In this document: positions 54,769 to 56,620 of the stretch, piece after piece | How the letters are laid out: each line of letters starts with the position of its first letter | Numbering within the stretch: the first letter of the stretch is position 1 | NCBI GenBank assembly: GCA_947626055.1 | Contig: CANQQP010000002.1 | Span: 1-56,620 of the forward strand | Reading direction: 5' to 3' | Origin: an uncultured Bacilli bacterium | Lineage (GTDB): Bacteria; Bacillota_I; Bacilli_A; RF39; UBA660 | DNA length: 56,620 bases | Notes under the pieces: generated by a model | Database searches by the model: none | Told to the model about the DNA's origin: nothing | The model's input: only the letters and a program-made list of their open reading frames with translations | Translations under genes and position numbers: made by a program

Positions 54769-55864
54769 AAGTAACCTCCTCTATTTGTTCATCTTTAATA
54801 GTAAAAATTTTAATATCTTGTAAATATTTTTCATTGATATTATCCAGTTCCGTAGTTGTAATAAATGTTTGTACTTTTCCATTTAATAACTTTAGAATAT
54901 TATTAGCTTTTTCATTATCTAACTCACTAAACAAATCATCTAAAATTAGAATTGGATATTCTTTTCTCTTTTTATAAAAAATTGGAATCTCAGCTAATTT
55001 AAAAGCAATTATGGCATTTTTTTGTTGTCCTTCCGAACCATACTCCTTTAAATTATGATCATTTAATTTAAAAACAATATCATCATGATGAATTCCTAAA
55101 TGAGTCTGACCAAAGAGTATATCTTTATCCAAACTTTTAGTATATAATTCTTCTAGTCCTTTTTTTGTAACTCCCTCATAATCTGTTTCATAATAAATTT
55201 CTAAGCCTTTTAAATTAGCTATTTTAAAAAATAAATCAGCTATATTATCATTAATTTTCTTAATATATTCTTTTCTTTTTTCATATATTTCGAAACCAAT
55301 GTCAATTAATTTATTTGTTAAAACAGCCAAATATTCTTTCGAAATATTATTACTACTATTAAACATTGTTTTAAGATAAGCATTTCTTTGTTTAATTAAT
55401 TTATTGTAGTCTTGCAGATATTTTAAGTAAACATTATCTAGCTGTGATATTTCAATATTGAGCATTTTTCTGCGTATACTTGGTGTATCTTTAATAATTT
55501 TTAAATCATTAGGACTAAATAAAATTACATTTATTTTTGATATATAATCACTCAACCTGGAAATGTCAGTTCGATTTATTTTTACCTTTTTTCCTTCTTT
55601 TGTTAATAATAATTCATATTCTTTGGTGTTTATTTCATCTTTTATTTGAGCAGCAATTTTTAAATTTTCTTGATTTTTTTTAATTAGAATAGAATCATTA
55701 TTTGTTCGAAACGATTTAGTTAAAGCCAAGACATAAATCGCTTCAACTAAATTTGTTTTTCCCATCCCATTTTTACCAATAATTAAATTAAGATGGTCAT
55801 TAAATTGTAAATTTGCTCTTTCATAGTTACGAAAATTGATAAGTTTTAAATCTTTAATCTGCAT
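54758..55864 (-). CDS. recF: DNA replication and repair protein RecF
   Basis: Carries Walker [10 protein letters not shown], the signature-like sequence GSEGQQKN and Walker B ILILDD. It overlaps gyrB by 11 nt. Confidence 0.95.
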   Translation of the reverse strand: MQIKDLKLINFRNYERANLQFNDHLNLIIGKNGMGKTNLVEAIYVLALTKSFRTNNDSILIKKNQENLKIAAQIKDEINTKEYELLLTKEGKKVKINRTDISRLSDYISKINVILFSPNDLKIIKDTPSIRRKMLNIEISQLDNVYLKYLQDYNKLIKQRNAYLKTMFNSSNNISKEYLAVLTNKLIDIGFEIYEKRKEYIKKINDNIADLFFKIANLKGLEIYYETDYEGVTKKGLEELYTKSLDKDILFGQTHLGIHHDDIVFKLNDHNLKEYGSEGQQKNAIIAFKLAEIPIFYKKRKEYPILILDDLFSELDNEKANNILKLLNGKVQTFITTTELDNINEKYLQDIKIFTIKDEQIEEVTYEK

Positions 55865-55890
55865 ATTGGCCTCTTTTGTGTTTATATATT

Positions 55891-55925
55891 AAAATAACAG
55901 GTATTTGTGTACTCCTATACCTATT
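55891..55925 (-). terminator. Candidate terminator after the comK-like gene
   Basis: On the minus strand, AATAGGTAT-(12-nt loop)-ATACCTGTT forms a 9-bp stem with one G-U pair, followed by ATTTT. It lies 60 nt downstream of the stop. Confidence 0.4.
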
Positions 55926-55985
55926 AATAATTATATCATAAAATAAGCCTAATTTAAATTATTTTTAGAAAAAATACCGAACTTT

Positions 55986-56429
55986 TTAACTTTGTTTCCT
56001 TTTTCGCAAAATAGACTCTAATCTTGTTGCTCTTAATACTTGATTATTTATTATTTCATAAGAAATATCTATAAAAATTTCGGCATGATTATTAAATATA
56101 AGTTTCATTTTATTATCTTTCTTTTCATACTTTTCTAAATTATTTAAGGAAATCCATGAACAGGTATTTAAACGAGGAGACGCGGTAGGAAAAAAGATAA
56201 TCTCCTTACTCTCCTCAATAATAATTGGTGCTTTGTGCGTTATACCTGTTAAAAAGGTTGTTCCTAATTTTCTTCCTTCTAGAGTACTACCAAAATATTT
56301 ACAACTTTCTTCTATAATGGAATGCACAGTTTTATTAACAATAAAAATATTCTTTTTTTCATAAACTTGACTTTTATTAGCTCGTGGAATTATTGCTAAA
56401 GTATTTTCATTTATCTCATAATCATTCAT
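55986..56429 (-). CDS. comK: ComK-family competence transcription factor
   Basis: 147 aa. SCKYFGSTLEGRKLGTTFLTGITHKAPIIIEESKEIIFFPTASPRLNTCSWIS aligns closely with B. subtilis ComK SCRFFGSSYAGRKAGTYEVTKISHKPPIMVDPSNQIFLFPTLSSTRPQCGWIS. SD GAGGGGG lies upstream. Confidence 0.85.
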   Translation of the reverse strand: MNDYEINENTLAIIPRANKSQVYEKKNIFIVNKTVHSIIEESCKYFGSTLEGRKLGTTFLTGITHKAPIIIEESKEIIFFPTASPRLNTCSWISLNNLEKYEKKDNKMKLIFNNHAEIFIDISYEIINNQVLRATRLESILRKRKQS

Positions 56430-56546
56430 AATATGCCCCCTCGTGATAAAAGATGTTTCTCTTATATCACAAAGAGTTGTCGATAAATGTAGAAAAAAAT
56501 ATCAAAAGATAAATTTTTAATATAATATCTTCAAAAATTTTTTTTA

Positions 56547-56575
56547 AAAATCCACCCCTAAAAGAGGTGGATTTT
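56547..56575. terminator. Strong hairpin terminator (bidirectional-capable) at the right edge
   Basis: AAAATCCACC-(9-nt loop)-GGTGGATTTT, with T runs following the stem on both strands. It probably terminates a minus-strand gene whose last codons lie in 56577-56620. Confidence 0.65.
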
Positions 56576-56620
56576 CTCAATGGCCTATAAGGCCTGTTAC
56601 TGGCTGCCACCATTTGGTGG

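Noticed and set aside
56577-56620. Unusually GC-rich right edge with hairpins GGCCTATAAGGCC and CCACCATTTGGTGG. I considered a tRNA/tmRNA 3' end (GCCACCA) or another structured RNA.
   Set aside because: No T-arm (GTTCGAATC-like) or other diagnostic motif precedes it. It can also be read as the last codons of a minus-strand CDS in two different frames (...PPNGGSQ* or ...GLIGH*). It is truncated by the window edge, so it remains unassigned.
1-56620. Search for CRISPR arrays, tRNA/rRNA genes, IS elements/transposases, integrases, prophage genes and flanking direct repeats around the accessory blocks
   Set aside because: I recognised none by eye: no regularly spaced repeats, no GGTTCGAATCC-type T-loops, no DDE or tyrosine-recombinase motifs. 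The glycan island and the HD operon therefore show no sequence evidence of recent mobility. A proper repeat or covariance-model scan was not possible here.

Overview
This is an AT-rich, origin-proximal chromosomal segment from an endospore-forming low-GC Firmicute. All 56 supported protein genes and one ncRNA lie on the minus strand. Read from right to left, the window keeps a compressed form of the B. subtilis origin-region gene order: comK-like, recF, gyrB, gyrA, two parS sites, a minimal SRP RNA, tadA, dnaX, ybaB, recR, bofA, holB, yaaT, a yabB-like methyltransferase, rsmI, pth, mfd, spoVT, tatD, a DPBB/3D protein, pflBA, htpG, ksgA, yabG, veg, spoVG, yabP, yabQ and divIC.

Three accessory blocks interrupt this backbone:
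1. A glycan-biosynthesis island of about 18.5 kb (5549-24122) sits between ksgA and yabG. It encodes an ABC-2 exporter, an O-antigen-ligase-like protein, two GT4 enzymes, a GT2 plus a GT-C fused to a methyltransferase, three DUF616 paralogs, a TviB/TviC-like pair, three SAM-methyltransferase domains, and an ArnA-N/ArnD-like formyltransferase/deformylase pair. It also carries two long poly-G tracts (G10 and G9) at functionally telling positions.
2. An operon of four uncharacterised genes (27022-31779) has its own promoter. It encodes a tail-anchored HD phosphohydrolase, a 220-aa unknown, an HExxH protein and a TPR-like protein. Next to it are a COG1373 AAA+/nuclease-like ATPase and a HIT protein.
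3. An orphan Doc-like Fic-fold gene with its catalytic His replaced sits between mfd and spoVT.

Cis elements I could read directly include two perfect parS sites, CIRCE-like operators on a consensus promoter upstream of htpG, a Rex-like box upstream of pflB, and several intrinsic terminators. I saw no rRNA, tRNA, CRISPR, transposase or integrase. All product calls come from motif and synteny recognition by eye. No database search or computation was run.
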